Below, one piece after another: positions 1 to 12,697 of a stretch of 64,000 nucleotides of DNA (position 1 is the first letter of the stretch; the number at the start of each line of letters is the position of its first letter). The DNA is from Octopus vulgaris. Lineage: Eukaryota. The position numbers and the translations under genes were made by a program. The notes beneath the pieces are model-generated. The model saw only the letters and a program-made list of their open reading frames with translations, did no database searches and was not told where the DNA came from. The DNA lies in assembly GCA_951406725.2 (NCBI GenBank), contig OX597822.1:81344001-81408000 (forward strand), written 5' to 3'.

Positions 1-77
1 CTCTGAGGATCTCTTTTTGGATCGAATTCCAATCTGCTTTGTGGAAGTTCAGATTGGAGAGATTTCGGGTGCTTCCT

Positions 78-810
78 TTAGGCTGTATGTCTCTGGTTAC
101 TTTTGGTCCCAAACATAGACAGCTCTATTATGATATGATCCGAAACTAATGTCGGTGTCACTTTCACATCATGAATGATGTCCATATTGTTCGTGAAGCA
201 GAGATCCAGAATGTTATTCGCCCTAGATGGTTTGAGTACAACTTGCTCCATGAATAAGGCGTTGGTGAGGTTGAGCAGGAACTCCACCTGTACTTGCTTG
301 CAATGATTCATTCCTGAGAGTATGAGACCTTCGGGCGATTTGACGTTGGGGAAGCTGAAATCACCCATAAGAAATATGGTCACGTGGTGTTCTAGATTCA
401 TGAGGATTTCTTTAATTCTTGTGAGGCAAACTTCAAACTTTCCTATGTGATTTGGAGCATCCGGTGGGCAATATGTATTGCATATGACTATATTATGTTG
501 TCTTATGTATACAATTAAAGTGTCACATACCGAATTTGAGTATGTCATTAAGACCTGGGGTGTGAGGTCATCTCGGATGTATACAGCAACTCCACCATGG
601 CTCTTTTCCCTTCTGTCTGTTCGCAGTATGGCATACTTTGGTATGTGTACTTATGCGTCCTCTATATCAGGTATGAGGTAAGTTTCCACGAGTGCTATGC
701 ATAGGGCTTGATTGCATGCAGTAAGATCTGTCAGGAAAGAAATTTTGTTTCTATTTTGATGCAACAGGCCCCCAATATTTAGTAAAAGTATTGGGGTGAC
801 GGCTGTGCAG
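78..810 (-). pseudogene. APE (exo/endo/phosphatase) endonuclease domain of LINE ORF2, interrupted by stops
   Basis: Conserved N, ET, YxP, GDF, LD and SDH motifs in the expected order. Confidence 0.85.
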
Positions 811-1720
811 GCGTTAGGGGAGGCCATCCCGTATCTGTTGACTGTGGTGATCTTGCATAGTGGTGGGCAGGGTTCCTTCTCTGTGCTTGGTGTAGCCAGG
901 TTAGTTGCCGGACAATTCTTTGCGCCATGCATAAAAAAGACTCTTGCTCAGCTGCTGTGTTGCGCAGAACATCTGAGGAGCACACTTTTCTGAAAGTTTT
1001 CCTGGGAGACATTTCTTGTCTTCCCTCAGTAACGCTCTTCTCTTTGAGTCCCCTGAAGTTCTGGCGGGGTGTCGGGTGGACGAACCGGTAGTTTTTGCCG
1101 TCCTCCTCATGCCAACATTTGCCCCGCAGGTAGAACTTACAGGTTCCAGATTTCTTCTTTCCTAAAGTGTACTGGGTGGCATTGGATCCTCCATGAGGTT
1201 CTCTGCTGTTTGTGTGGTGGGTTGGGGTTTCAGCTTTGGTTGTTTTGCTTTTTCTTCCCTTTCCCTCCTTATTTTTGTTTTCGGTCCTTCCTTTTTTCTT
1301 CTGTTTTTCTAATTTCTCATTTCTTTGTAGGACCATTGGTACAGGGGGGCTTCCGGTTTCTGCTCCCTTGGCTCCCCTATCCTTCACTACTTGGTCGTTC
1401 ACCGGGGTAGGTGATCTATTTTCCTAAGAAACCCCTGGATCACAGAGACTTCCGGGTTCCTTCTCTTTTACGTCCTCTTCATCCTCATCAGCCTTGCCAC
1501 AATAATTTTCAATTATGTTATCCAATGTTTTGATGTGTGGTCTTATAAGAATGTAAGACCGGATAAATTCACCTTTTTTTCGTTCTATTTGGTCAATGGT
1601 TCTATGCAATCCATTGCTCTTCAGCGCAGCAGTGATGATGTTGTTCGGCGGATCGCCACTAGCAATCGTACATGCTCTTAGCAGAAGATTTAACTCTTTC
1701 TTTTCCCACTTTGGTGCCAT
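779..1720 (-). pseudogene. LINE ORF1 remnant with N-terminal Myb/SANT(trihelix)-like motif and CCCH-type zinc finger(s)
   Basis: ATG at 1720 (MAPKWEKKELNLLL...ITAALKSNGLHRTIDQIERKK), in-frame TAG at 1424-1426, same frame continues to CKFYLRGKCWHEEDGKNYRFVHP (third Cys replaced by Tyr). Confidence 0.6.
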
Positions 1721-1759
1721 CTTCGTTTTGAAGTCCAGAGGGGGAGTAGAGGCTAGAGA

Positions 1760-2375
1760 GGTAAGGACGGATAGAGAGAGGTAGAGACGGAGAAACACAG
1801 AAGGAGGAAATAGGGAAAGAGAGAGAGAAATATGAAGGAAAGAGAGAGGTGCTATGAAAGAAATCTAGAGGGTGATAGGAGGAAAGCAAGGGGCTGTGGT
1901 GTGTTAAAGAGATAGAGGAGGGGAGGGGATGAGAGGGGGAGAGGAGGGGAATAGAAGGAGAGACAGAGTGAAGGAGAAGAGGGGAAGAGAAAGAGAAGCA
2001 GAGTGAAGGAAAGGAGGGGAAGAGAAAGAGAAACAGAGGGAGAGAGAGGATAGCAAGAGAAAGAGGGAGAGACAGGATGAAGGATGTGAGAGAGAGGGAG
2101 AGACGGAGTGAGAAGAATGGGCGAATGAGAAGTATATGAGAGAGAGGGTGAGGTGACGAGAGGAGAGGTAGATGTGAGATGGAAAGGAAAGAGAAATGAG
2201 AGAAGAGGAGGATATGAAAGGGAAGGAGAGAGATGAGAAAAAGAGTAAGATATGCAAGAGAGAGGGAAAGAGTAAGTGTAAAGAGAGATAAAGGAAGGGA
2301 GAAAGGAGCTGGAAGTGGGGGAATATATGTAAGGAAGGAGAGAGGGGGTAGAAGAGAGTGAGGAAATGAAAGAAA
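1760..2375. repeat. Polypurine (GA-rich) low-complexity tract
   Basis: About 600 bp strongly dominated by A/G on the + strand. Confidence 0.9.
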
Positions 2376-3137
2376 TATATAATTCTAAACTAATTACGAT
2401 TATATTTCTAACTCAGTCGTTAAACAAATGAAAAGGATTTTTAAATATTAGTTTTATAGAGATAAAATGAAATTACGATAAAATTACGGTAAAATTATGA
2501 TTATATTTCTAGCTCAGTCGTACCTCAAATTTTAACTTAAATTACAGGAAAATAAACAAATAAAATAATTTTTAAATATTAGTCTTATAGAGATGAAATG
2601 AAAGATAGATTGAAAGCGAAACAAAAATTAAAAGAAACTTATTCTCAGAATTTAAACAAAGATGGCATCGTAAATCGTAACTGAGATGTTAGCTTACATT
2701 AAAGGAAAATAAAAAAAAATAATAAACAAAAATTTGAAAACGATACTTATCGTAAAAGGTACAGTCCAAACCCTCGTGCTTGTACGAAGAAGTTTTCTTT
2801 CAAAACAGAAAAGAGAACAATTATTTTTCCTTCTTACATTTGGCTGGAGATAAATTAAAGACTTGCCACCACGTGCGTTTCGGCGAAGAATCTAGCATGC
2901 ATAACTAACTTTAATGTATTATATTTGGCTTCAAGCGAAATATATTACGTTTTTAATTAATATATTTTTAATCAATGTATTTTAGTAGATCGTTATGAGT
3001 TAACAAGTTCTACGTTTTGTTAGTTTTAGTTGATTATTTCGCCGATTTATGCAAACCTTTTTGTTTTTTTCACAGAGCAAAAGCAAATGCGTCTTTCCTC
3101 TACGAAAACCGGAAGTAATATATATATATATATATAG

Positions 3138-3188
<51 letters not shown>

Positions 3189-3191
<3 letters not shown>

Positions 3192-3395
3192 AAATGCAAC
3201 CAAATGTGAATCGTTGGTGATCTTTTTCCTCTGTCTTTTTTGGACTTTCATCTGTCTCCTGTTTCTGAAGAAGAGCTTTGCTCGAAACATAAAACCACCT
3301 TTCTTTCCTTCCCTGAGCGTCTGCTAATACTTTGCACCACGTCCTCGCGTTGTTTTTTCTTATGTTTGTTCTTCGCTTTGTTGGTTTTACAATGT
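3189..3395 (+). mobile_element. Penelope pseudo-LTR-like non-coding fragment inserted in (TA)n, same family as 33350-33560
   Basis: Homologous to the reverse complement of 33350-33560, contains a hammerhead motif, flanked by (TA)n. Confidence 0.6.
3261..3295 (+). ncRNA. Minimal type I hammerhead ribozyme motif
   Basis: GUUU-CUGAAGA-A-GAGC(uuu)GCUC-GAAA-CA-UA-AAAC: stem I GUUU/AAAC, intact core boxes, stem III CG mutated to CA. Confidence 0.6.
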
Positions 3396-3414
3396 TATAT
3401 ATATATGTTATATA

Positions 3415-3483
3415 TGTGTGTGTGTGTGAGTGTGTGTGTGCGTCTGTGTGTGTGTCAGTGTGTGTGTGTCAGTGTGTGTGTGT

Positions 3484-3550
<67 letters not shown>
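3415..3550. repeat. (TG)n microsatellite
   Basis: Direct observation. Confidence 0.95.
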
Positions 3551-3553
<3 letters not shown>

Positions 3554-4019
3554 TGAGCATAGTCAAAATCTGAGTGGCAGTTGTATGAAATTGGAGAACA
3601 AAAACAGAGAAAAGTATAGTACATGACAGTCCAAATAATTCCTGATTTATTGAAAGTATCTTGATGTCGAGAGAAAATAAATTGGTGACTGCAACTTAGT
3701 CTGAAGGAGAGGAGAGATAATCATGTCACTGAAGATAAGTCAGTCTTATCATAAATGTTTTTTTTTTGTTCAGATTCTTATAACTGGTTAGGGCCAAGTA
3801 GGGGAAGACTGTGCTGATGATGCTCACTGGAGCAGAAAATGTTTATGCTTATACTTTAATCTTTCTAGTAAGTTATAGAAAAAAGATTTATAATTTTAGA
3901 TTTGAAATTAGTTATATAAATATATCATTAGTCAATCATTTTGGGGTGTAACAAAGTGTAACAAAGTAAGAATATGTTTCATCATTTTTTACTAGTTATA
4001 GTTTTTAACCTTTTCGTTA

Positions 4020-4742
4020 TGTATATATTGCCAAAGATTAAAAAAAAAACATGCAAATAATTTACAAATATATCCACTAATGTTATATAAACAAACAATT
4101 TTAAATGGAGACCAATAAGCCACTGTCTGAGTAATTTTGGGAGATATTTTATTTGAAACTGTTTCTAAAGCACATTAAATGATTTTTACGAGAGATGATC
4201 TAGATGTATTGAAATAGCTTCCAAAAACAATTAATGATAGACATTTTAACTTTTGATGTTTTGATTTTGTATACAAACATGCCCCATGACTATAGAATAG
4301 AAGCGGTAAAATTTTAGTTGGAGAATTAGGCAGAAGAATTACCAGAATGCATAAAGAAAAGTTATCATTGTAGGATTAAAATGAGTACACTAAAATAATT
4401 ATTTCAAAAAATATGGAACAGCAACAGTTACAAAAAGTAACTCCTGCGTATGGCAAATGTGGTTAAGGGATATTTGAAAATTATAACGTACTAAGACTTG
4501 CTACAAAAATATGAAAGATCTTTTGATCAATAAATAAAGAACTGGAGAAGGTATTTAGATGATTGCTTTATTTTGGGAACGAAAATAGAGAATTTAACGT
4601 ATCGCTTAATAGAATAAATAATAACATTCAATTCACAATGGAATTCAGTCAAAAGAAACTATTTTCAGATATTTTAGTAATGAAAATCAACAAATGAACT
4701 GAGACAGACATATATTAAAACCTTACAGATTTGATGCAATAT
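4020..4742 (+). mobile_element. Highly degenerate Penelope-like reverse transcriptase fragment
   Basis: Frameshifted motifs LPKI, RPI, LTFDV..LYTNMPH..IEAV, GTA, WRRYLDDCFI, NIQFTME, ETDIY in PLE RT order. Confidence 0.8.
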
Positions 4743-4863
4743 CTATCTAGCTAGCTATTTATCTATGTGCTTATCTCTCTGTTTATCTCTCTGTTTGTCC
4801 ATCTCTCTATCTCTCTTTCTCTCTATAAACATACATTGTATTATATAATATCATATATATATA

Positions 4864-6161
4864 CTAGCAGAGATACCCGGCGTTGCCCGTGTTACATACA
4901 ATTGAAGAATTAGACTTTTCTGTTATATTTTCTGTAATGAACTGGAATATCTATGTTTCAAATTTCATCAAAATTACAGATGAGGATTATTTCCCTCTTT
5001 ACACACCCCCAAAAAATTGTAATCGTGCCACATATATCCCATACTACTGATTTATATGCTCATATTCCAAAACTCCAGTCTTATTGAACCTGTTAAAAAG
5101 ATTTTGCTGAAAAATGAAGGTCATGGAGCTCTAAACTGTGAGAGTTAAGGCACCTGTTGGGAGTGTCAACCAGAGAAGTTGAATTGTTGAGAATCTTTTT
5201 AACTTGGGTCTTATATCTATTGTTTCAATTTCTTTGAAATAGGAAATATATGTTCACTGAGTTTGTAAAAGAGAGCAAAGCTACAGGAAACCAAAAGACG
5301 AATGATCACAATATGCAGTCAGTTACCCTACCCTAGTCGTTACCACTCCCAATGTAGGATTCCTCGCCATGCAGGTGACAGGCACAGCCGTAAGATGCAT
5401 TACGAATCTATAGCAATTGGAAGGGCGTGACCCAACTGAAATAAACATTAACTACTGTGTGACGTGAGGGCTAAGGAGAAATGAAAGTTGGAGTTTGCAA
5501 ATGACCACTATACTGATATGTAACTGGACAGAATAAATTTACAATCTATAAATTTCTTTGAATAACCAGTCACTCATCTGGGAAGGCCTTGAAATCAATG
5601 TTACCATCTGGGGACTATGTGTAAACGAGTGATAATAAAAAGACTGAAAGGAGATCTGCAATCAAATAACTTTACTCAACACTTTGCAACTGAATCATTG
5701 GAGGCAAAGATGCCTTTCATTTACTTGGCAATTTATGCACCACATTGCAGAAATCACAATGTAAGTGTATGTCAAAGCAAACTCTTACACTGTTGTACCA
5801 TTGAATTAGAAATAATGCTAAACTTTTATGCTCGGGTAACCCTAGAGCTTCCAAGAGCACAACTGCGTTCGTTTTTGCTTTGATAAAATGACAAAATTGT
5901 GGGTGTTAAGTCCCCATGGAGGGGTCCTTATAACTTGTAAGAAGATGAAATTTCATAAATATTACTTCATTTGTATCTAATATCTATGATTAAAATTTCC
6001 TCAACAGCAAGAATATATGAATTGTCATGGGGGTTATGGCCCTTATGCATAGAATATATTTCCAAATTTCATAAAGATCCATTCAGTACTTTTGACCTAG
6101 TTTTGGATCATAAAAAAATTACTAAAATTTGGGAGTTAAGGCTCCCATCAGGGTGTTTTAT

Positions 6162-6166
<5 letters not shown>
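4864..6166 (-). mobile_element. Non-autonomous Helitron-like element (~1.3 kb)
   Basis: Minus strand reads 5' A|TCTATATAAAAC... and ends CGGGCAACGCCGGG (imperfect GC hairpin)-TATCTCTG-CTAG|T, with no TSD. The internal extent is inferred. Confidence 0.6.
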
Positions 6167-6245
<79 letters not shown>

Positions 6246-6293
6246 GTAGATAGATACATACATACATACATACATACATACATACATACATAC

Positions 6294-6390
<97 letters not shown>
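6162..6390. repeat. (GATA)n/(CATA)n compound microsatellite
   Basis: Direct observation. Confidence 0.95.
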
Positions 6391-6670
6391 CACACACACA
6401 AATATAAATTGATAGATACAACTGAGTGGGCAAACAAAAATATGAGACACGGCCTAGTACTTTTTTTATGTTGATAAGCCCGGTACTTATTCTATTAGTT
6501 TGTTCTTGTGAAACCAGTAAGTTAAGTGGATGTAAATAAATTAACAGTAATTGTGAAGCAGTGATGAGGGCGAAACACAGAGACAAAGACACACACATAC
6601 ACTTACATATATACATACATATATATACGATTGATTTGTTTCAGTTCCTGTCTACGAAATCCATATATAT

Positions 6671-9385
6671 TGTTGTTGGCATCCTTTTTGTCTCGGGAGA
6701 AAATGGAGTCGCGCATAAAATAATCTAGTTCGGCTTTTACATTTCATGTCCTAATACATCTCCTGTTGTGTAGTCCTATCCTGGACAAACACTCCCTCTT
6801 GCAGGTGCTGCAAATGTAGCGAAGACTTTGCCTGGCTGGTTGTAATGTCATAGTTTTTTGTTGACGTCTATTCTTGTCTTTCCAGTTCTCCTCTCTCTCT
6901 ATGTCACTCTTTGTGTTCCCTCTTTTACGGTACGTCGCCAATCTCCACGGTTGATGGCAACTGCTTCCCAGTTGGTAATATTGATGTTGCAGGCGTTCAT
7001 GTCCCTTTTGCAAACATCCTTGTATCGTAAGAACGGTCTTCCCACAGACCTAGTGCCCCTAGCAAGCTCTCCGTAGAGTATGTCCTTCGGGATTCTGCCA
7101 TCTTTATTACGGCTAACATGTCCAAGCCATCTCATACGTCTTTGTGTGAGGAGTGCAAACATGCTTGGTATTCCTGCTTGCTTGTGGGCATCTTTATTGG
7201 GGACATGATTCTGCCATTTGATGCGAAGGATTTTCTGGAGGCAGCGCAGGTGAAAGATATTTAGGCGACGCTCTTGGCGTGTGTATGGCGTTCAAGTCTC
7301 ACTTCCATACAGTAGAGTGCTAAGTACACATGCCTGGTAAATCTTCATTTTTGTGGTCTTGGTCAGCTTATTGTTGCCCCATGCCCGTTTAGAGAGTTGG
7401 GTCATCACAGCAGCTGTCTTGCCAATGCGTATATTGAGCTCAGCATCAAGGGATAGGTTGTAGGTGACGGTAGAGCTAAGACAGGTAAACTTCTCCACCT
7501 CCTGTAGTCTGTGGTCTCCAATATGTATGTTTGGGATGTCCGATGTAGCCTGACTCATGATGTTGGTCTTCTTGAGGCTGATAACTAAGCCAAAGTTGCC
7601 ACATGCTTGCTCAAAACAGTTGATGAGCCTTTGTAGGGCTTCTTCTGTGTGTGATACCAGAGCGGCATCATTAGTAAATAGCACTTCCTGGATCAGGACG
7701 CTTCTGATTTGGTCTTGAGACGCAGACGCGAGAGATTGAACAGTTTCCCATCACTTCTACTGTGTAGAAACACTCCATCATCTGATGTCTGAAAGGCATG
7801 TGACAGCAGCAGCGAGAAAAAGATGCCAAATAATGTAGGAGCAAGGACACAACCTTGCTTTACCCCGTTTTTTATTTGGAAGGCGGCTGATGTTGAACCA
7901 TTGTGCTGTGTGATGCCTTGCATATCATCATTGAAAGATTTGATGATCCTCAGCAGCTTTGGTGGACATCCGATATTTTGGAGCAGGATGAAGAGGCCTT
8001 TTCTACTTACCAGGTCAAAGGCCTTTGTCAGATCAATGAAGGCCACATATAATGGCATTTTCCGCTCTCTGGAATTCTCCTGAAGTTGGCGTATGGAGAA
8101 TATCATGTCAAAAGTTCATCTGCTTCTTCTAAAGCCACACTGCGATTCTGGATAAATTCGAGAAGCAAGCAGTTGCAGTCTGTACAGGATAACGCAAGCA
8201 AAGGCCTTTCCAACAGTGCTTAGAAGAGATATTCCACGGTAATTGTTACAATCACCACAGCCACCTTTGTTTTTGTAAAGCGTAATGATGTTAGCATCCC
8301 GCATATCCTGACGGACTGAACCCTCTCCCCAGCACTGACACAGAAACTCATGAAGGTGCCAAAGCAGGATAGTGTTTTTGCCGGTTTTGATGATCTCTAA
8401 GGGGATGCCGTCTTTTCCCGGAGCCTTGTTACTTGCTAGGGAGTCAATAGCCTTGGTGAGCTCTGTTATAGATGGCGGACTGTCAAGTTCACACATGACT
8501 GGCAAGATCTTGAGACCCTCGATTGCAGCCTCAGCTACCGTGGTCTCCCGTGAGTAGACATCCAGGTAGTACTCCAACCGTCTATCCATTTGCTTGCTTT
8601 GATCCTTGATGAGATCTCCAGTAGTTGATTTCAGAGAGGCTGACTTGGTTGCGGATGGACCGAGGGCCTTCTTCAAACCGGCATACATCCCACGGGTGTC
8701 GCCACTGTCAGCAGCTGACTGGATACTCTGACAGATTTCTTGCCAATACCTATTTTCACAGCGTCTGGCAATCAGTTGGGTTTTATTGCTTGCCTTTCTG
8801 AGTTCTTTGAGTTGCTTTGTAGAAGAATCACTCTTGTATTGCATCAGAGCTGCACGCTTTGCTTCGATAATTGTTTCCAGCTCTGAGAGCCCAGCACTAA
8901 ACCGATCTGGGTTATGCCTTTCTCTCATGCCGAAAGTATCTATTGATGTGGTATACAAAGCTTCCCTGATATAATTTCACCTACTTTCAGTAGAGGAGTT
9001 TGGGCAGCTACTTAGGGCAACCTTGATAGAAACAGCAAAACATCTTCGCAATGTAGGGTCCGAGGTTCTGGCAGTGTTAATGCGTGGTCGGCCCATTTTC
9101 TTGGAGTGATGGACTTTCTTAGGCAGAATACTCACCCTGCTTCTTATTAGTGAATGATGTGTCACAATCCGCACTGTGGTAACTACGGGTCAGTTGAACA
9201 GAATTCAGAAAGGATCTTCGTGTAATGATGAGATCCTGCTGATGCCAGTGGTGAGATCTTGGATGTCTTCAAGATGCCTTGTGGAATGTCTTGTTGGCAA
9301 AGAATGTGTTGGTGAGGCAGGGTTATGGTATATGTAAAAATTCAAGTAGTCTCTGACCATTGTCATTCATGTTGCCAATACCAAA
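6671..9385 (-). mobile_element. 5'-truncated RTE-clade (BovB-like) LINE, frameshifted APE C-terminus plus RT, short (CAA)n tail
   Basis: KAPGKDGIP, NYRGISLLS, ESQCGFR, AFIDLTKAFD, GVKQGCVLAP, LFTND (mutated FADD), RWLGHV, GRP motifs. Tail at 6671-6678. 78-bp flanking direct repeat. Confidence 0.95.
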
Positions 9386-9457
9386 ACACATACACTTACA
9401 TATATACATACATATATATATACGATTGATTTGTTTCAGTTCCTGTCTACGAAATCC

Positions 9458-9469
<12 letters not shown>

Positions 9470-9505
<36 letters not shown>

Positions 9506-9859
9506 GGCAGTTTGTCTGTGTGTGTTTCTGTGTGTCTGTTAGGTTGTACCCTCACCCTGACCACGGCTTTCAACCGATTCTGATGAAACTTGACACACAC
9601 ATAGCCCAATGTCATAATTCAAAACTAACGCAACGAAAATTTTGAAAAGTTCCCCCAGTTCTGAAACAAATCGATAAATTCGACATGGGGTCGAGAATCA
9701 GAAACACAAACCACAGACTGTCTAGGGGACGCAACTCGACCATTTTAACTAAAAAAAAAATTTACCATAATTTTTTTTCCATTTTTTGGCTATAACTCTC
9801 TAAAAATGCTTTATAGTTATTTCCCTTACAAACCCGAGCAACGCCGGGCGATACTGCTA

Positions 9860-9860
<1 letters not shown>
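9470..9860 (+). mobile_element. Non-autonomous Helitron
   Basis: 3' end CCCGAGCAACGCCGGG hairpin then CTAG|T (9857-9860). 5' TATATAAAC followed by a GTCT/GTGT microsatellite. The 3' ~90 bp is shared with 37209-37506. Exact 5' end lost in (TA)n. Confidence 0.75.
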
Positions 9861-9932
<72 letters not shown>

Positions 9933-10019
9933 CACACACACACACACTCGCCCACACACAAAGATAAATTGATAGATACAACTGAGTGGGCAAACAAAAG
10001 TATGAGATACTGCGTAGTG

Positions 10020-10345
10020 CTATTTTATATTTTGATAAGCTTGGTACTTATTCTATCAGTTTCTTCTTGTGAAACCAGTAAGTTATGGGGATGTAAATAA
10101 ACGAACACCAGTTGTGAAGCAGTGATCAGGGAGAAACACAAAGACACACACATAGACTTACATATATACATACATATACATACAATTGATTTCTTTCAGT
10201 TTCTGTCTACAAAATCCACTGACAAGGCTTTGGCTGGTCTGAGGCTATAGCAGAAGACACATGCCAAGTTACTACACAGTGGGACTGAACTGACGACCAT
10301 GTGTTTTGGAACCAAGTTTGTTACTACACAGCCACACCTGCACCT
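10020..10345 (-). mobile_element. Diverged copy of the abundant tRNA/CORE-like cephalopod SINE
   Basis: Homologous to 63280-63690 in reverse. Confidence 0.75.
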
Positions 10346-10449
10346 ATGTGTATGTGTGTGGGTGGGTGAGTGGGTGTGTTTGTGTGTATGGGTGTATATA
10401 TGAATGCATGTATATATGTGTATATATATGTGTACATATTACATGTACA

Positions 10450-10485
<36 letters not shown>

Positions 10486-10560
10486 TAGACATACATGTAT
10501 ACACATACATGTATATCAAATAGAAATACATCTATATTTATACAGCTATATATATACATG

Positions 10561-10607
<47 letters not shown>

Positions 10608-10617
10608 CATGCATATG

Positions 10618-10668
<51 letters not shown>

Positions 10669-10703
10669 ATATATATATATATATACATCCATATATATAC
10701 ATG

Positions 10704-10751
<48 letters not shown>

Positions 10752-10764
10752 CATATGCATGCAA

Positions 10765-10994
10765 TAGAGAGATGTTTTTGTTTCACTTTTAACACGTAAT
10801 ATTGAAATAGTGGAGAAGATATGATATTGCTGTGAGCTCGCCCTAGGCAAGAAGTTAAACATTTTTTGCCCATAACACTACATGGACCCTAAGTAAGGCA
10901 TGTGTAAAATGTGAATGAATTTGGTTGTGTAGTTCTCAAGTTTTAGGTTTCACACAGACAGACAGACACACATTCTCAGTTTTATATATAGAGA
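10765..10994 (-). mobile_element. 5' part of a Helitron-like non-autonomous element
   Basis: Minus strand starts A|TCTCTATATATAAAACTGAG followed by (GTCT)n. No 3' CTAG/hairpin seen. Confidence 0.45.
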
Positions 10995-11021
10995 TATGTA
11001 TGTAAATATATTTATATATAC

Positions 11022-11070
<49 letters not shown>

Positions 11071-11500
11071 TGTGTGTGTGTCTATGTATGTATGTATGTA
11101 TGTATGTATGTATGTATGTATGTATGTATGTATGTATGTATGCATGTATGCATGTATACATATATATGTATATATATATGTACATATATATGTATATACA
11201 TGCATACAATATCAAGATGGCGCCGACAACCTCAGATGTGCAGCTGTTGCAGACCGTTCAAAATTTATTTTTGAACGTTTTCGTCTAAATTTATGCTGTC
11301 TCCTCCAGCTTGAATCTGTAACTGACTTCTTTCTTCAATTATACATAAGAGAAACGCTTTTACACCTTTTTTCTAAACAACCTAGTATTATTCAAACGAG
11401 ATTCTTTTTAAAATATACTTTATACCACCTGAAAGTTTGCTAATACGATCATGGCTGAAATTAACACAACAACCGACGAAGTAAGTTATCTAATAAGACT

Positions 11501-11855
11501 TAAATACAAACATGTTACCAGTTTGAAAATGCTAATAGCACGTTCGGACTTGTTACAAGCCTTTCACTTTGTTTTGTCATGGAGAAATTTTGTCTCTGCA
11601 GACAAATGATGTAAATACACCTAGATTAGCTCGCAGCTCCACCTATCCAGACAATGAGATGCCAGCATTTTGGAAAGGTTATCTCCTCTTCACTCACAAA
11701 AACCGTGTGGAAACGCTGCGAGAGACAATCTCTCTTATGTAATTTCAGTCAACATAGGTTGACTGGTCGCACAAATCGACGGCGCAGTAAAATGGCTTGT
11801 GTACAAGTCTGAACGTGCTATTAACATATTCGAACTGGTAATAACATTGTATTTA
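11501..11855. mobile_element. MITE-like element with ~65-bp imperfect terminal inverted repeats
   Basis: TAAATACAA..TTACCAGTTTGAAAATGCTAATAGCACGTTCGGACTTG..ACAAGCC (11501-11560) is mirrored at 11794-11855. Confidence 0.6.
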
Positions 11856-12389
11856 TACATATCACTACTTAGCGTTCCAACCCCGTCATAAGACTCAAGT
11901 TCTCCTCTCATTCTGTGTCGATAGTATTTGACACGCATATTACTGGGGTGACCACCGTCGGATTAGACTGTTAGTTACGCTTCTCCTTAATAATGTTCTA
12001 ACGACTGAGTAATACATAAGAAGAAAACATCAGATAACATCAAAAACTATTTATTTGCTTAAATAACATTCTACGATACGTTCTTCCGGATTTCGGGCAT
12101 TTTGTCCAGTTTAAATCACCACTGGATATTTTCTTACCTTTTTGCTGGATTCTATAAATTTTCATTATTCTAGCTTTTGAACATTTCTTTTTTCTATTTA
12201 TTGTTTCTCTTCAATGCCGGCTTTTTTTTTACTCCCTTCCTATTGGGTTATCGATCTGTTCAACATTTTTCTTTTTTTTTTACCGTGCTTGACTTCTCAT
12301 CTGAATGTTAAAAACTATTTGAAAGAGAAATTAAGTTTGTTCATAATATAAAGAACTTTTTTTCTTCTCGAATGATGGACTCAAAAACT

Positions 12390-12697
12390 GAAACTCCGTC
12401 GGTTGCGACGAGGAGAATTCCAGATGATCCGATCAACGGAACAGCCTACTCGTGACTGATTACTCCACAGATATACGTCCCCTTAGCGTAGTTTACAGGG
12501 AGATTCAGTGTGACACAGAATGTAACAAGGCTGGCCTCTTTGAAATACAAATACACCACTTTTTTTGCCAGCCGAATAGACTGGAAAAACTTGAATTAAA
12601 GTGCCTCTTTCGAGGGCACAACGCGCCACCAGAAGTCGAACTCATGACTTTCCGACCGTAAGCCGAATACTCCTAACCACTATGCTACAGCCTTCAA
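12390..12697 (-). mobile_element. tRNA-headed SINE (family also at 42285-42595 and 59128-59300)
   Basis: Shared body GATCCGATCAACGGAACAGCC... and A/B-box-like head at 12630-12690 on the minus strand. Confidence 0.7.

Larger units (their letters stand above)
1..1720 (-). mobile_element. 5' portion of a degenerate non-LTR retrotransposon (CR1/L2/Jockey group): ORF1 plus APE endonuclease, running off the window start
   Basis: APE motifs LLNIGGL..K...IALVETYL, YCPPD, MGDFSFP, NILDLCF, SDH in one frame (651..932 and 78..548, in-frame TAA at 651-653). The upstream frame carries ORF1. Confidence 0.85.
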
